Below are positions 38,336 through 50,719 of a DNA stretch of 64,000 nucleotides, one piece after another (positions within the stretch are counted from its first letter, which is position 1; each line of letters begins with the position of its first letter). This DNA comes from Camelus dromedarius (lineage: Eukaryota), in NCBI RefSeq assembly GCF_036321535.1, contig NC_087436.1:7688001-7752000 (forward strand). Reading direction: 5' to 3'. A model generated the notes under the pieces. It did no database searches. It saw nothing but the letters and a program-made list of their open reading frames with translations, and was not told the DNA's origin. The position numbers and the translations under genes were made by a program.

Positions 38336-41060
38336 CAATGTTTAATTATATTGTCTCAGAATCATCTAAATTAACAATGATCTGATCTCTGAAAGGCATT
38401 GTGGCATGTTTCATCAGGTTGATCATATTTACTAAGTTAAATACAATACAAGTAAATTATTAGACCATATGAGTAAGGTCTTATAAGGACATGATCAGCC
38501 TAAAAATGGTTAGAGTCTGAGATCTAGACTTGATGGTAAAAATCTATATTTAATATTAAAAGGCAAAAAATAAAGTATTTATTATCTTTCCTGTCAAATA
38601 GGAATAAACATCTAGCAGACATAATTTTTAATCTATAGTAGCATTTCTACTGTGAATAATCTGGTTTCAATAACAGGTTGTTTAAACAATTTTTTCATAA
38701 TGGTCAGTCTCATACATATAAACATAATGGTAGAGTCTATGCTTCATTTTCACACAAATAAAATTAATGATTTTAAGAAAGTCTCCTTCCCTAATTTTTT
38801 TTTCTTCCTTTTATAGTCCAGCCACAGAGTTGCAAGTGCTGGAAATAGCCAGTTCATCTTTCTTGTAGACCTTTCATTTAAATGCATAACTTACTTTGAA
38901 AGGATAGATTGCAACAGCCATTGCAGACTTGACTAGGTCATATGCTGATGAGGACGTAACTTAGCAAAGTCACCAAATTAATAGCTTTACAAGAGGATTA
39001 TAATGAGCAGCATGAATGTGACGGAGTTTTACTCATTTACAAGAGTTTTTGTGTGTGTGAGTTTGATAATATTCATGCAAAGAAAACATACTCTAAATAG
39101 TTTCTCATTTAGTTGAACGTGAAATGAGGAAAGACATATGTAGCCAGAAAAAATGAGAAGCTCATCAAATGGAATCATTATTAAGACAATCCAAAGTAGT
39201 CATGAGAACCATAAAATTTCCTTTTATGTAAAATTGGGTTTTCCATTATCTCTGGCTTCACTGATCGCCATACAGGTGAGGTTATTGCTTTTTCAGTTTT
39301 ATTAATAAACCTATTAGTACATAAATAGCCTCCTGGCCTTTCCTAAACAAATGGAAAATGAAATCGTTTCATTATGCCCCGGGTTTCATGCACTCCTGGT
39401 TATAGAACTATCCCTGAAGGAATGGTTGTGTTGAAAATGTTTATCTCGCAGACTTTTCAGATTAGATTCCATATTTTTGTATCCTTTAGATTTTATACTC
39501 AGAAATGGGATATCATTTTAAGCCATGCTATATTTTATGAAGAAATCTTTAACAATTATTAGAGGCAATTCCAAAAAAAAAAAAATGGTAAAGCATGAAT
39601 CCCGTCAAAATGTGAAACTACAGGAAGAAGAAATATGAGAATTAGCGTATGGTGTCAAAGAAGGGTATTTTATCATATTGCAGGGATATTTCACAGGAGT
39701 TGGGCGTTTTAATTGTCAAGTGGCCTTCGAATTAATAAAATCGGAGAGCACCAGCTATAGACCAGGACTAGTACATGGGCTGGGAAGTGAAACATAATTA
39801 AGACTGCATTCTATTCATTCATTGATTTATACTCAGATAAGCCTAGTTGTTCCCCAACCAAGAAGGTACTTGTCAGTTACCCTAAAGCCCCAGAATTATT
39901 CCTTAGGCTTCACGCACACAAGATAATTCCTTATTTGCCACAAATTCGTTCACTGCATTCAGTGTTGCTGTGCCAAATTGCTTTGGTTGCGACACTAGTC
40001 AGAAAGATATCAAAGATGATTTTAAAAGCAGTGATTCTTAGGCACCTGCTTTGTGTCCTGTAATGGCACTATTACAGCAGGCTGGAGTTAACTGAACATC
40101 CCTCTAACATACTGAATTTCAGAGGGCTCAATGAAGCTGCACGAAAGCAAGTAAGTGAAAAAGCAAGGGTCTAAAGAACTGGCTTGAGGGTTGATCTGCC
40201 ACTTACAGCGAGAGAAACGTAGACTATGAGTTGGTTGGGTAATAACATATAAATGAGGGAATAAGACAAGGAGATCAGCACAATTAAACAGTTCCACACC
40301 CCATGCTCTGGTGTGGAAAGTTTGAAATGATTGGAGACAAAGCAATCTTGTCAATTGTTTGAAAGCAATGGGCAATCCTATCCGTACAACTCCAACACTG
40401 AGTTCAGTGCTTCACAGATGAAATCCACTAAAATTTTTGTTGAGCAAATGAATTCATTTATTTTCAAAAAATGAATAAATCCTACTATCCAGAGGGTGAA
40501 AAATGTTCATTGCAATACAGTTCGTTCTAGGCATATTTACTGAGGAATGCTTGCATTGGAACACTTTAGAGAAAATTATATAGGTGACTTAAAACCAATA
40601 AAATGCCCTGAAACAGTAAATTTAAGATTATGGCATCCTTACTGAAAAGTTAAAAACTGAGTCACTTAGATCCTAAGTGACTTAGTTTCTCATCTAATAC
40701 ATATAATATGGAAATAAAAAGAGGCAGTATAAATGGTAGCCCATGTCTGATGTAGCTTATCTGAACATTCAGAGAGATTTTTGCCCAACACATGTTTCAG
40801 ATTTCAATTTAGTATCAGAAATCACGTAGATCACAGTTTTATCTCTGAAATTTCTGTGAAACTTTAGGGAACGTCAAAGTTATGCTTAGAAAACTTTACA
40901 TGGCATATGTCCCATAGTGAACTACTAAATTCTTAAAAAATTGTCCAAGAACATTGATTAGTATTTTATTAAAGTTCATGAGAAATTGGGATCATAAAAA
41001 TGAGCTTACCTGCCCACACAAATTCATAAACACTTAAATAATTGCTTTTAAAAGTACACA

Positions 41061-41267
41061 GCTACTAGTAGATAAATGAATTTATACTGCATAGCACAGG
41101 ACAATATATTCAATATCTTCTAGTAGTGCATGGTGAAAAATAATATGAAAATGAATATGTGTATATTCATACATGACTGAAGAATTGTGCTGTACACCAG
41201 AAATTGACACAACATTGCAAACTTACTATAACTCAATAAAAAATTAATAAAGAGCAGATCAATCAAA
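41061..41267 (+). mobile_element. Short L1 3'-end insertion
   Basis: L1 3' UTR (tagcacagg...gctgtacaccagaaattgacacaacattg). Perfect TSD aaaagtacaca at 41050-41060 and 41268-41278. Confidence 0.9.
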
Positions 41268-42486
41268 AAAAGTACACAATTATTAAATATCAGATATACA
41301 ATTGATAATAGAAAAAATATATTTGGGATACATGAAAACCATGAAAAATTTTGAAGATAATCTGAATATATTCTATTCACTTTGATGTGTATATTTTGCT
41401 TTTTATGTATATTATGTATTTGTTTTCTATGTATGTGTTTGCTTTTTATGTATAAATGTTCACGTAAGAATCACACCTGTGTAGCCTCCTGGTTGCCTTT
41501 CTAGGTTCTAGAATCTTCTTTGAAGAACTACTGTTTTTTTTTTTTAGTGTCCACAGTTAATAGAAATGTTGAGTTTGTGTTGCGTTTTGAAATACTCATG
41601 CTCATTTAATAAGAACTATACCATCTGCTGTGAAAAATACTCTTTTTCATTTCTAAATATGAACTCTCAGTATTAAAGGTCAATGTTTTCTTAATTCATT
41701 TTTAGAATGCTTTCATAAACATTCCCCAGCCTTCCTGCTTTCCTGAAAGGTGCTACCTCCTGAATTTAAGAAGGACATGATTCATTGAAATGGTAATTTA
41801 CCAAATGTTCAGTTATTCTATTTACTTATCAATATTCCTTTTAGGATGCCTGTAGGAGATGCAATGTCTCATTTTCTAGTCCCAGGAGACAGCAGGCAAT
41901 TTATGCATAGTAACTATCTGTTACATTTCCCTAAAACATTCACTTTGCTTTCAAATAATAATTGTGTTTTAGTTGTAGGAATGTTTACCAGGAGATTAAC
42001 AATTTATAAAAGCCCTGACATGGTGGATGTAAAATAACATAACTCAATTTGAAAACCTATAATTTCAAGTGACACAGTTTTACCACTTTTCTTAGTCAAG
42101 GTAGGGTATAGCAACCTTCCTGTCAGAGATGATTGGATAATGTGATACATTACCTGATTACCAAGTGATTCTGGGAAAACAACCCATTTCTCTATATTAC
42201 TCTGACTTCTTTAGTGTTCTCCCTCTCTTTGCATTCAGATGAGGTGCTCGGTACGAACCTAATTCTTTTTTATGTGCACCGGCTGTTTTTTGTAAAGCAT
42301 GGGGTTTTTTTTTGTTTGTTTTTTGAACTGCTTAAATAATGACAGTTTTGCAAAGTTCTAAATAGTTTTTCAAATGTCTTCAATTTTAATTGGGTGCATT
42401 TTCCTTCATGATAATATGTGTGGGTGGAAACCAGAAATTGGAAAACATGCAACTTGGTGAGTATCAATAATATGTAACAGTATTTA

Positions 42487-42617
42487 ATTTTATTTATTAA
42501 AAATTTGGGGGGGTTAATTAGTTTTTATTTATTTTTTAATGGAGGTGCTGAGGATTGAACCCAGGACCTCATGCATGCTAAGCACATGCTCTACCACTAA
42601 ACTATACCTTCCTCTCC
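42487..42617 (-). mobile_element. Vic-1-like SINE
   Basis: Antisense tRNA-Ala-like head; TSD starting atgtaaca on both sides. Confidence 0.92.
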
Positions 42618-42649
42618 ATGTAACAACAGTTTAATATGGCTGATATCAC

Positions 42650-42800
42650 TTTGCATTTATGTCTCAAGGGAAACATTAGTGGCCAATTTAACTCTCTCAT
42701 GAATGTGAAAACTGAGGCACAGAGACGTTGAAGGACTGCTCCTAAATCAAAGAGGAAATTAATAGCAGAACTGTAGATTTAAAGGATACTCTTTATGCTG
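42650..42800 (-). mobile_element. MIR core fragment
   Basis: gaaaactgaggcacagagacgttgaaggactgctc...aatagcagaactgtagattt. Confidence 0.7.
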
Positions 42801-42899
42801 CTTTTGTAAAATATAAATGTTCTCATTTTTTGTATTTCACATTTATTTAATTAAACCTGGGCCATTTTCATCATACCATAAAAGAACTATTTTTGTTAG

Positions 42900-43345
42900 C
42901 TTTTTTTATTGAAGGATAGTCAATTTACAATGCTGTGTTAATTTCTGGTGTACATTAGAATGATTCAGTTATATGTATATGTACATATTGGTGGTACCAA
43001 TATACATTCCAACCATTGTAGGTCATTGCAAGTTATTGAATATAGAGTTCCCAATGCTATACAGTAGGACCTTGTTATTTATTTTATATATAGTAGTTAG
43101 TATCTACAAATCTTGGACTCCCAATTTATCCCTCCCCACGCCTTCCATGCCCCTGTAACCATGAGTTTGTTTTCTATGTCTGTGAGTTGTCTGTGAGTCT
43201 GTCTTTGTTTTGTAGATAAGTTCATTTATGTCCTTTTTTTCAGATCCCACATATAAGTGATATCATGTTATTTTTCTTTCTCTTTCTGATTTACTTCACT
43301 TAGTATGATGATCTCCAGGCCCATCCATGTTGCTGCAAATTGCAA
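42900..43345 (-). mobile_element. 5'-truncated L1 3' end
   Basis: Poly-T followed by antisense L1 3' UTR similar to the other camelid-type L1 ends in the window. Confidence 0.92.
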
Positions 43346-43452
43346 GGGGTTAGGGGTGGGTATAGCTCTGTGGTAGAGCACATGCTTAGCATGCACCAGG
43401 TCCTGGGTTCAATCCCCAGTTACCTCCATTAAAAACAAAACAACAATAACAA
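43346..43452 (+). mobile_element. Short Vic-1-like SINE / tRNA-Ala retrocopy
   Basis: gggtatagctctgtggtagagcacatgcttagcatgcaccaggtcctgggttcaatccccagttacctcca plus A-rich tail. Lacks the cctaattacctcc 3' module. Confidence 0.88.
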
Positions 43453-43734
43453 ACACTCAGTGTTTACTTTTTAAAGTTAGTTTCTGCACAGGCTTTTCCT
43501 ATTATTTGCTTGTTACTGGATTGCTAAACTTTTACTTCTTGCTTTCTTCTACATGGAAATGTAATCCTTTACCTTGATTTTCTACCTTTTGTCATATTTT
43601 TCAAGTCCTATTTCTTACATCGTTTATTTTTAGGTCACTCGCTTCTGGATTACTGGCCTTAGTCTCTGGCTTGGAATTTTGTCTATGTATTCAGCTCTTG
43701 TTCAATTCCTTGTATGTACCAGCCAGCATAGTGT

Positions 43735-45705
43735 TTCGTTTTTGCTTCCCAACCACTCTGTTGAAGTACGATTGACATGTAAAAGACTGCCCATACTTAA
43801 TGGATACAATTTGATGGGTTTGGAGGTAAGTATACAGCTATGAAATCATCATCACTGTCATTGCCGTAAACCAGGCTATTACTTCCAAAAGTTTCCTCCA
43901 CCCTCTTTATTTATTTACTTTTGTAGAATCAGAGCATCGAACATAAGATATACCATCTTAGCAGATTTAAAAGTTTACAGGACAGTATTGTTAGCCATAA
44001 ATGCTATGCTCATATAATTGAAACTTTGTACCTTTTGGCCAGCCCTCCTCATCTCCCCTTCCCCTGCAGCCCACCTCGGGAACCACCATTCTGCTCTCTG
44101 CTTCTGTGAGATTGACCATTTGAGATTCCTCATATAAGTGGGATTATGTAGAATTTGTTCCTTTGCATCTGACTTTTTTCACTCAGCATCCAGGGTCATC
44201 CAGAGTGTCACAGATGGCAGGATTTCCTTCCTTTTGCAGGTTGAATAATAACCTGTTACATGCAAATACCACATTTTCTTTATCTATCCATCCACCAGTG
44301 GACATTAAGGTAGCTTCTGTGTCTTGGCTATCATGAATAAGGCAGCAGTGAACATGGGAGTGCAGGTATCTCTTCGAGATCTTGATTTCAATGTCTTTGC
44401 AAATACATGCAGACGTGGGATTTCTGAATTGTGTGACAGTTCTGCTTTTAATTTTTTGAGTGTTGGGAAACGTAATTTTATTGTGTGCAGCCTTTCTGCT
44501 CCAGCTCAACCACATGAGAATGAGCATTGGGCCTGGAATGCTTCCTAAGCCAGAGATACAGATCCCACACGGCATTTACCAGAATTATCGCTTCGCTTTA
44601 TGTGGAAATAGCTTTCCCTGTTCTGACTCATTTTACTCTTTTATTCATTGTAAGAGTGTGCATCAGTGGCCCACGGGCATGCACAAGCTTTCAGTATTTC
44701 AGACTTCATGGTGGGAAGGGAGAGGGAAGTCCTTTTACTGTGGCATGTAGACCAGTTGTCCTCGGTCACCTGCCACACCCAATAGCCATGGGCGGCCAAC
44801 GGACACTTTTGGAGTTGATCTTGCTCTGTCTCTTTCTGTGTGAATTAAAGCCTTGTTCCAGCTAATGCTCCACTGTTTTGTGTGTATGTGTGTTTGTTTG
44901 TTTGTTTTGGTGACTCTAATACCAAGATGCAGTGGTCAGAAATGCTTGGACTTGTGCTCCTGGCAGCAGGCTTAGTGATGCTCTTTGCTGCCTTCCATGG
45001 AGTCCTCCCCTGGCCTTGATGACTGGTGCATGGTGCTTTCTTCAACACTGAGGAAATGCCACACTGTTTTTCATAGTGGCGGTACCAATATACATTCCAG
45101 CCAACAAGGCACCAGTGTTTCCTTTTCTCCACACTGTCAGCAACACTTATCTTTTGCCTTTTTGATAGTAGCCATTCTACGGGTGTAAGGTAACGTATCA
45201 TCATGGTTTTGATTTGCATTTCATTTCATACCCCTGATGACTCTTTGAATGTTTTCTTTGGAGAAATGTTTATTTAGTTCTTTGCTCATTTTTTTAAGCA
45301 TGTTATTTGGGTTTTTGTTTGTCTGTTTTGGTGTTGAGTTGTATGAGATCCTTCAATATATTGGATATTAACTCTTTGTCAGATAGATGGTTTGCAAATA
45401 CTTTCATTCAGGAATTGTCTTTTTACTTTGTGGATTGTTTCTTTTGCTGTGCTTTTTAGTTTGATGTAATCCCTTTTATCTGTTTTTCTTTTGTTATCTG
45501 TGGTTTTGACATCATATCCAAGAAATCATTACCGAAGCTAAAATCAAGAAGACTTTTCTGTATATTTTCTTCTTGAAGTTTTCCAGTTCCAAGTCTTATG
45601 TTTAAATATTTAATCCATTTTGAGGCGATTTTTGTTTATGGTGTAAGATTTCATTCTTTTTGCATGTGGATACCCAGTCTTCCCAACACCATTTATTGAA
45701 GAGAC
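43735..45705 (-). mobile_element. Older L1 (L1MA-like) 3' portion split by an LTR
   Basis: Antisense ORF2 C-terminus (MQIKTMMIRYLTPV...). L1 text is continuous across the insertion (aattttttgag...gaaatgccacactg). Confidence 0.9.
44461..45047 (+). mobile_element. Solo LTR, probably ERVL class, nested in L1
   Basis: TGTTG...CAACA termini, 5-bp TSD ttgag/ctgag, ATTAAA near 44844. Confidence 0.82.
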
Positions 45706-47379
45706 GAAGATGCAATTTAACAGGTCCCCAGACTCAGATATCTACATAAACTCCAATTACAATCTTGTGAGATAAGATTTATTGATTGTGTGTATGTTAT
45801 GAAGAGATGACACACAATTAATGTACATGAGAAATCAAGGATTGTGTGGGTAACTGTAAACCCATTGGTCCCCTTTCTCTCCTCTTAATTTAGGCTTTCC
45901 TGATAAATATAGACCCATTACTAAGACAGTTTTTCCTCTTACCTGACCTTCCAATGAGAAGCTAAAATGGACCTGTAGTCAATGAGAATTCGCTGTTCTG
46001 CACCAAGTATTCTGGAAGACTGCTTGGGTAACCATAGATCCTTAAATTTTACCTATATTATAACATAATATAACAGCTATATTAATAGATACTGAATAGG
46101 AAAAAGTTAGATCTATAATTCTAGTATGACAGGTTGCTAAAGAAATACTTCTAGATCTTGATTAAAATATTCTTTGTATCTGGGGACAGAATTCGTGTTA
46201 AGTCGTGACAGGAAATGTCATGTGTCATGATTAGGTAGATAAAAACATGGAAGGCCTTAAGAAGTCTCCTAAAAAAAACAGAATACAAGCTAATGATCAG
46301 GTTTGGAAGTCTAATGGTTGAGTTAGCTCATGTATATGAGAGAGTTCACTGACACATAATATGACAGTAATTAGAGATGTGTGAGTGGTTGCAATAAAGA
46401 AAGTAAAGGCTATAATTTGCAGTGAACATCTGTTACTACATAGATTGTGATCAAAGACTATAATAATTTAGTGTCTGTATACATTCAAAGTGCCTCATTT
46501 ATAGGCTGAAAGAATGAGAAATCTTGGTCATGATGTTTATGGGGTGGGCAGAGATAATCTAGTGTTAGACTCACTACCTTCTGGCCTGAAAAAAAAAAAA
46601 AATATCCCTGCTATTAATTAAATCAGAAAATAAAATTAATTAGTTCCTGTAAACAGCCTTAAAAATTGGGCGGGTACATGGCTAATGTTGTGTAAGCATT
46701 TGTTCTCGTTATTGCATCAACTGAACATTCTAGCAAAGTAAGGAATGAATAGAGAAGGGCAGTGTTTGCTCTCCCCGCCAAATGACAATGGTTCAGTTCG
46801 TGTATGTTTTCAAAGAGTGAAAAGAAATCTTTACCAACATTTAAAATGGCCAGCTAGACTAGGTTTTTGTTCTCTGGCTTCCAATTCTAATGCCAAAGAG
46901 AGTTGGCTATAGCTGCTTCCAGAGAAAGTCTACTTCTACCTTTTTCCATGGTATTATTATTCTTCATTGGCTAGATTTTCAGTGTTTGTTTCCAAACCTG
47001 GGAGTCAGTTCTGGAAATGGCTCTGAGACTCTGTTTTCCTCATGGCAAGGCAGCCGAGGGTAGATTTGCATTTCGACACTTGCCAATACAATATGAAAAG
47101 ATAATGCACCACCTTTGTAGGACAGCTATTAAAATGAGAACACGTCTACAAAGAAGAAAACATACGTAAAGTTATCTGACCATCCAGATGTGACATATAT
47201 GCCTGCTTTAAAAAAATGGTTGTACAAAATTGAGTTTATACATTAAAATATATTTTTGTTTCCACTTAAAGCATATCCCATGATTTTTTTTAAAACAATA
47301 TATGAGTTTAGATACCTCAAAAGACTAAAACTACAAAGCAAAATCTGGAGAAAATATCTAAAGGTCCCTTTGTGCAAAG

Positions 47380-48980
47380 AATCAGGCAAACTGACATGCC
47401 TGCTGTGCTGTAGCAGGGACGCCCCCTGCAAGATCCCCTGCCTCTTCCTGACCTGAGTTCCAGGTCAGAGAAATGGCTGAAAGATCTCACGCTTTCCTTT
47501 GTCAGTGGCTGACATCTGCCTTCAGCTCTTGAGCTTTGTTTAAATCTGAACTGTTTTTGCTGCCTGTTCTTATGTTTCACCCTTCGGATCACTGTAGTTT
47601 ATTTCCCACTACCACAAGTACCTATGGGTAAAAGCCCTTTGTTACCCCTCTAATCTGGCCCCCCATTTAAATAACTATGGAGAAATCATGTTGGTTAAGT
47701 ATCGCCATCTCACCTCTGATACTCTATAGTCCCATCATCCCATGGTCAGTGGGTCCCAAGGCACCATCTTCTATTTTCAATCCTGGACTTGGGAGAGAGA
47801 CCACCAGCAAGCTTCTCATGAAACGTTCTCTCATGGGCACTATTCTTACTGCTTTAGCAACAAAATTGTCTTCTGACCCTTCTGGAGAACAGAGTGAGTT
47901 GCTGGTCTTTGGTCTCCCCCAATAAATCTTTTCTAACGTGCTCAAATCGATGAGTTTACTAATTCCTTATTTAATACTCTATGAGAAGCAATTTTGATAT
48001 CTCTACCTCATTTACTGAAACTATTATTACCAACTTTCGAGGAGACATCCCCGCAGGACGTTATGCTCAATCTCAGGTGTCTGTGCTGGGAAGTCGTATT
48101 CTGAATTATAGGAAAGTGTCACTATATCAACAAACTCTTCCCAATCCAGTCATTTTATTCTATGTCTCAGTACTGGCATCCAATACACTCAAGATTGACT
48201 CCCATATCATTTCTTTAAATTTCTGTTGGTTTATATCAACCAGGAACTTTCAGCTTTTTCTACAAATACATTTCCTTCTGCTATATTTCCCTGCATGGTC
48301 CATCCCGAGTCTTGACCCTAGTTACTGGCTAGAGAAATCAAAGTTAAGTGAGGACAGATTGTGAGGAGGTTAAGCATTGTCATGAGGCATCCATCTCAGA
48401 TGAGGACTTTGCATGTTCTCCAGATAAAATCTTCTCTCCTCTAACTGGAGCTCTTCTTCTGGACCAGAGGGTTTAAGGGTCCCTATTTCAAACCTCAGTT
48501 TCCTATTTTTTTCCTACCTGGGACCTGGAACATTCGCACGGATGATCTGCTTCTTTGCATTCATTCTTCCTTTTAATTTTGTTACACTTATGATCAAATT
48601 CTGGGCCTGAATTCTTCACAACAAACAATCTCTTTGAATGTCTCTATGTGGGACATCTGGCTGTTACAACATTCCCTGAGATGATAATTATCTGATGTGA
48701 GCTTTTCATTCTCCTTCAAAATTGCTAAGGCACCTCCACAACCATTAAGATTATTTTTTGCTCTCATATTTTTCAAGTATGACAGGTACTTCCCCAGCCA
48801 ACGCTTCCCATTTTACCTGCATCTTATCTCATTTATGAAAGATGAGAGTCTTAGTAATTGTGATACTGTATCATGATGTATTACCATCACATTTATCATT
48901 AGCAATGGGGTCTTTTCTGATCTCTGATCAGTAACTGATCCAGAATCCCGTTTGGAGTGTGTGCTTTCCAGGATGACATC
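47380..48980 (-). mobile_element. Decayed ERVL internal region (leader and gag)
   Basis: ORF 47724-47945 PEGSEDNFVAKAVRIVPMRERFMRSLLVVSLPSPGLKIEDGA resembles ERVL gag EGPEDTPFTKA.RNALVRGAP..SSVVA.L..PG.TV.DA. Lies next to an LTR in the same orientation. Confidence 0.65.
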
Positions 48981-48984
48981 TGAA

Positions 48985-49400
48985 TTACATTAAATTGAGT
49001 ACCTCCAAAGCAGATCCTCCAAAAAGTCCTTAAATACAGGTGGTTTGTTTGGGAGATGATGTAGATCTAGAAAATGAGGGATCTAGGAAAGATCAGGGAG
49101 GAAATAACTCTAAGAAGGAGTGTATAAAATGTGAGTCACTGTTCTGGACTACTGACCACCCCACTGGGACTCCCTCAGAAGTCTGTTTGGGGAGGCTGTG
49201 GCATTTATTCACCTACTCCCATCTCTCACTGTTTGGTTGAGGGTAGTTCTTAAAGTCATTATCTCCACACAATTCTGGTGGGAGAAAGCCCTCAGGCTAA
49301 GAAGAAGAAAAACTTGCACTTAGGGTGCAAAGCTGTAAACATGCAGGAAGCTGTATCAGAGAAACAAGTCAACTCAGGAGAAGGCTGAAGGCAAGTTCTA
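48985..49400 (-). mobile_element. ERVL-class LTR (LTR16-like), probable 5' LTR of the adjacent gag remnant
   Basis: ctccaaagcagatcct...ggtttgtttgggagatgat resembles the reverse of LTR16/LTR67-type U5-R. Confidence 0.6.
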
Positions 49401-49722
49401 CAATTTTTCTACAATTATCAACTTACAGTCAATTTTGTTTCTTTATACCGTCCACACACCTCCTTCTTCACTAGGATTATAATTTCATCTATAAATGCGT
49501 AGGTATCTATCTTTTTTCAAAAATCAATTGTTTTAAAAATATGATCACAATATCTCTGTATTGCACAGTAGCTCCTTAATCTTGTCAGTTATTAAGTCAA
49601 AGACTCCTTGAGTCCAGTTTTGTAAATACAGAGGTTACCTTAGTTTTTGTTTACAATTTAGTGTCATGTTGTCATACCAGAAAATTTCAGTCACTAATAA
49701 TATTAATATAATAACTTTCCAC

Positions 49723-50014
49723 TGTGGGTGAGTAAGCATTCTAAAAATTAATAAATTAAAACAGAGTCAGGTGGCCAGAAGGGAGTTCTCTGCCGCCCTA
49801 TAGTAATATCAGAGCCCAACAGGAAGAAGAAAGATTTCTTTCCTGGCAAGGATGCAGCCAAGCAAAAACCATGGACTCTGTTTACTATAACCCTTCCCAC
49901 TTCTTTTCCCCCGTGAAAAAGCACTCTCCTTCCTTTGCTACAGGGGGGCTTACATGTGCCTTGCCATGGTTGCAGAGCCCAAGTTGCAAGTTTTTTTTTA
50001 TCTCAAATAAACCC

Positions 50015-50066
<52 letters not shown>

Positions 50067-50116
50067 GGTGTGTAGAAACAACTGGCAGTCTACAGTCTAT
50101 TTGCTTTAAATAAACA
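49723..50116 (+). mobile_element. 5' LTR of an ERV1-type provirus (MER34-like), containing a (TG)n tract
   Basis: TG...AACA termini, AATAAA near 50006, (TG)n at 50017-50072, followed immediately by a PBS. Confidence 0.75.
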
Positions 50117-50119
50117 TTA

Positions 50120-50139
50120 TGGTGACCTGTATGGGGATC
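50120..50139 (+). promoter_or_regulatory. Retroviral primer-binding site, tRNA-Ile type
   Basis: TGGTGACCTGTATGGGGATC vs the complement of the tRNA-Ile(AAU) 3' end, TGGTGGCCCGTACGGGGATC. Three mismatches, two of them CpG>TpG. Confidence 0.8.
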
Positions 50140-50157
50140 CAGAGAAGACCCTGATGA

Positions 50158-50719
50158 GGAGACAGGAGGGGTGGGAGGCAGGGCACAACTATTAAAAGAA
50201 TGACGCAGCCACTGGGGATAGGACAAAAACTGGTTAGAATCAACTCAGCACAAGATGGCAGAAGATTCAACTTCCAGGGGACCTTGAGTCTCATTATATG
50301 CTCATTGTAATAAATTTGCTGCTAAGCCACACACCCACAGGCTCCATGACTGTTCCCAGGCTGACCACAAAGGACCAAAAAGTGGTCAGGGGCCCAATTC
50401 CTGGAAATCCCCACTCCTATCCCATATAGTTGGAATGTTGACCTCCTGTGGCCACTCTCCCTTCAGAGATGAACTGTGCTCTGTCTGTGGAGTTTGTATC
50501 TCCCGGAATAAATCTACTTTTACTTCACTATTGAACGTGTACCTCCTAGGGCTGCTCTTACTTTTCTGATGACCCCGTGCTCTGGGGCCACTCTCCCTTC
50601 TGAGACAGACTGTGTTCTGTGCAGAATGTGTATCTCTCTAAATAAACTTGCTCCCATTTTACTATGGTTTACTTTTGAATTATTTCCTGTGCGAGACAAG
50701 AACCTATGCTCTGGTAACA
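50158..50719 (+). mobile_element. Solo LTR of another family nested in the ERV leader
   Basis: Homologous to the LTR at 28164-28679. Ends ggtaaca with no PBS after it; has a duplicated AATAAA module. Confidence 0.8.
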
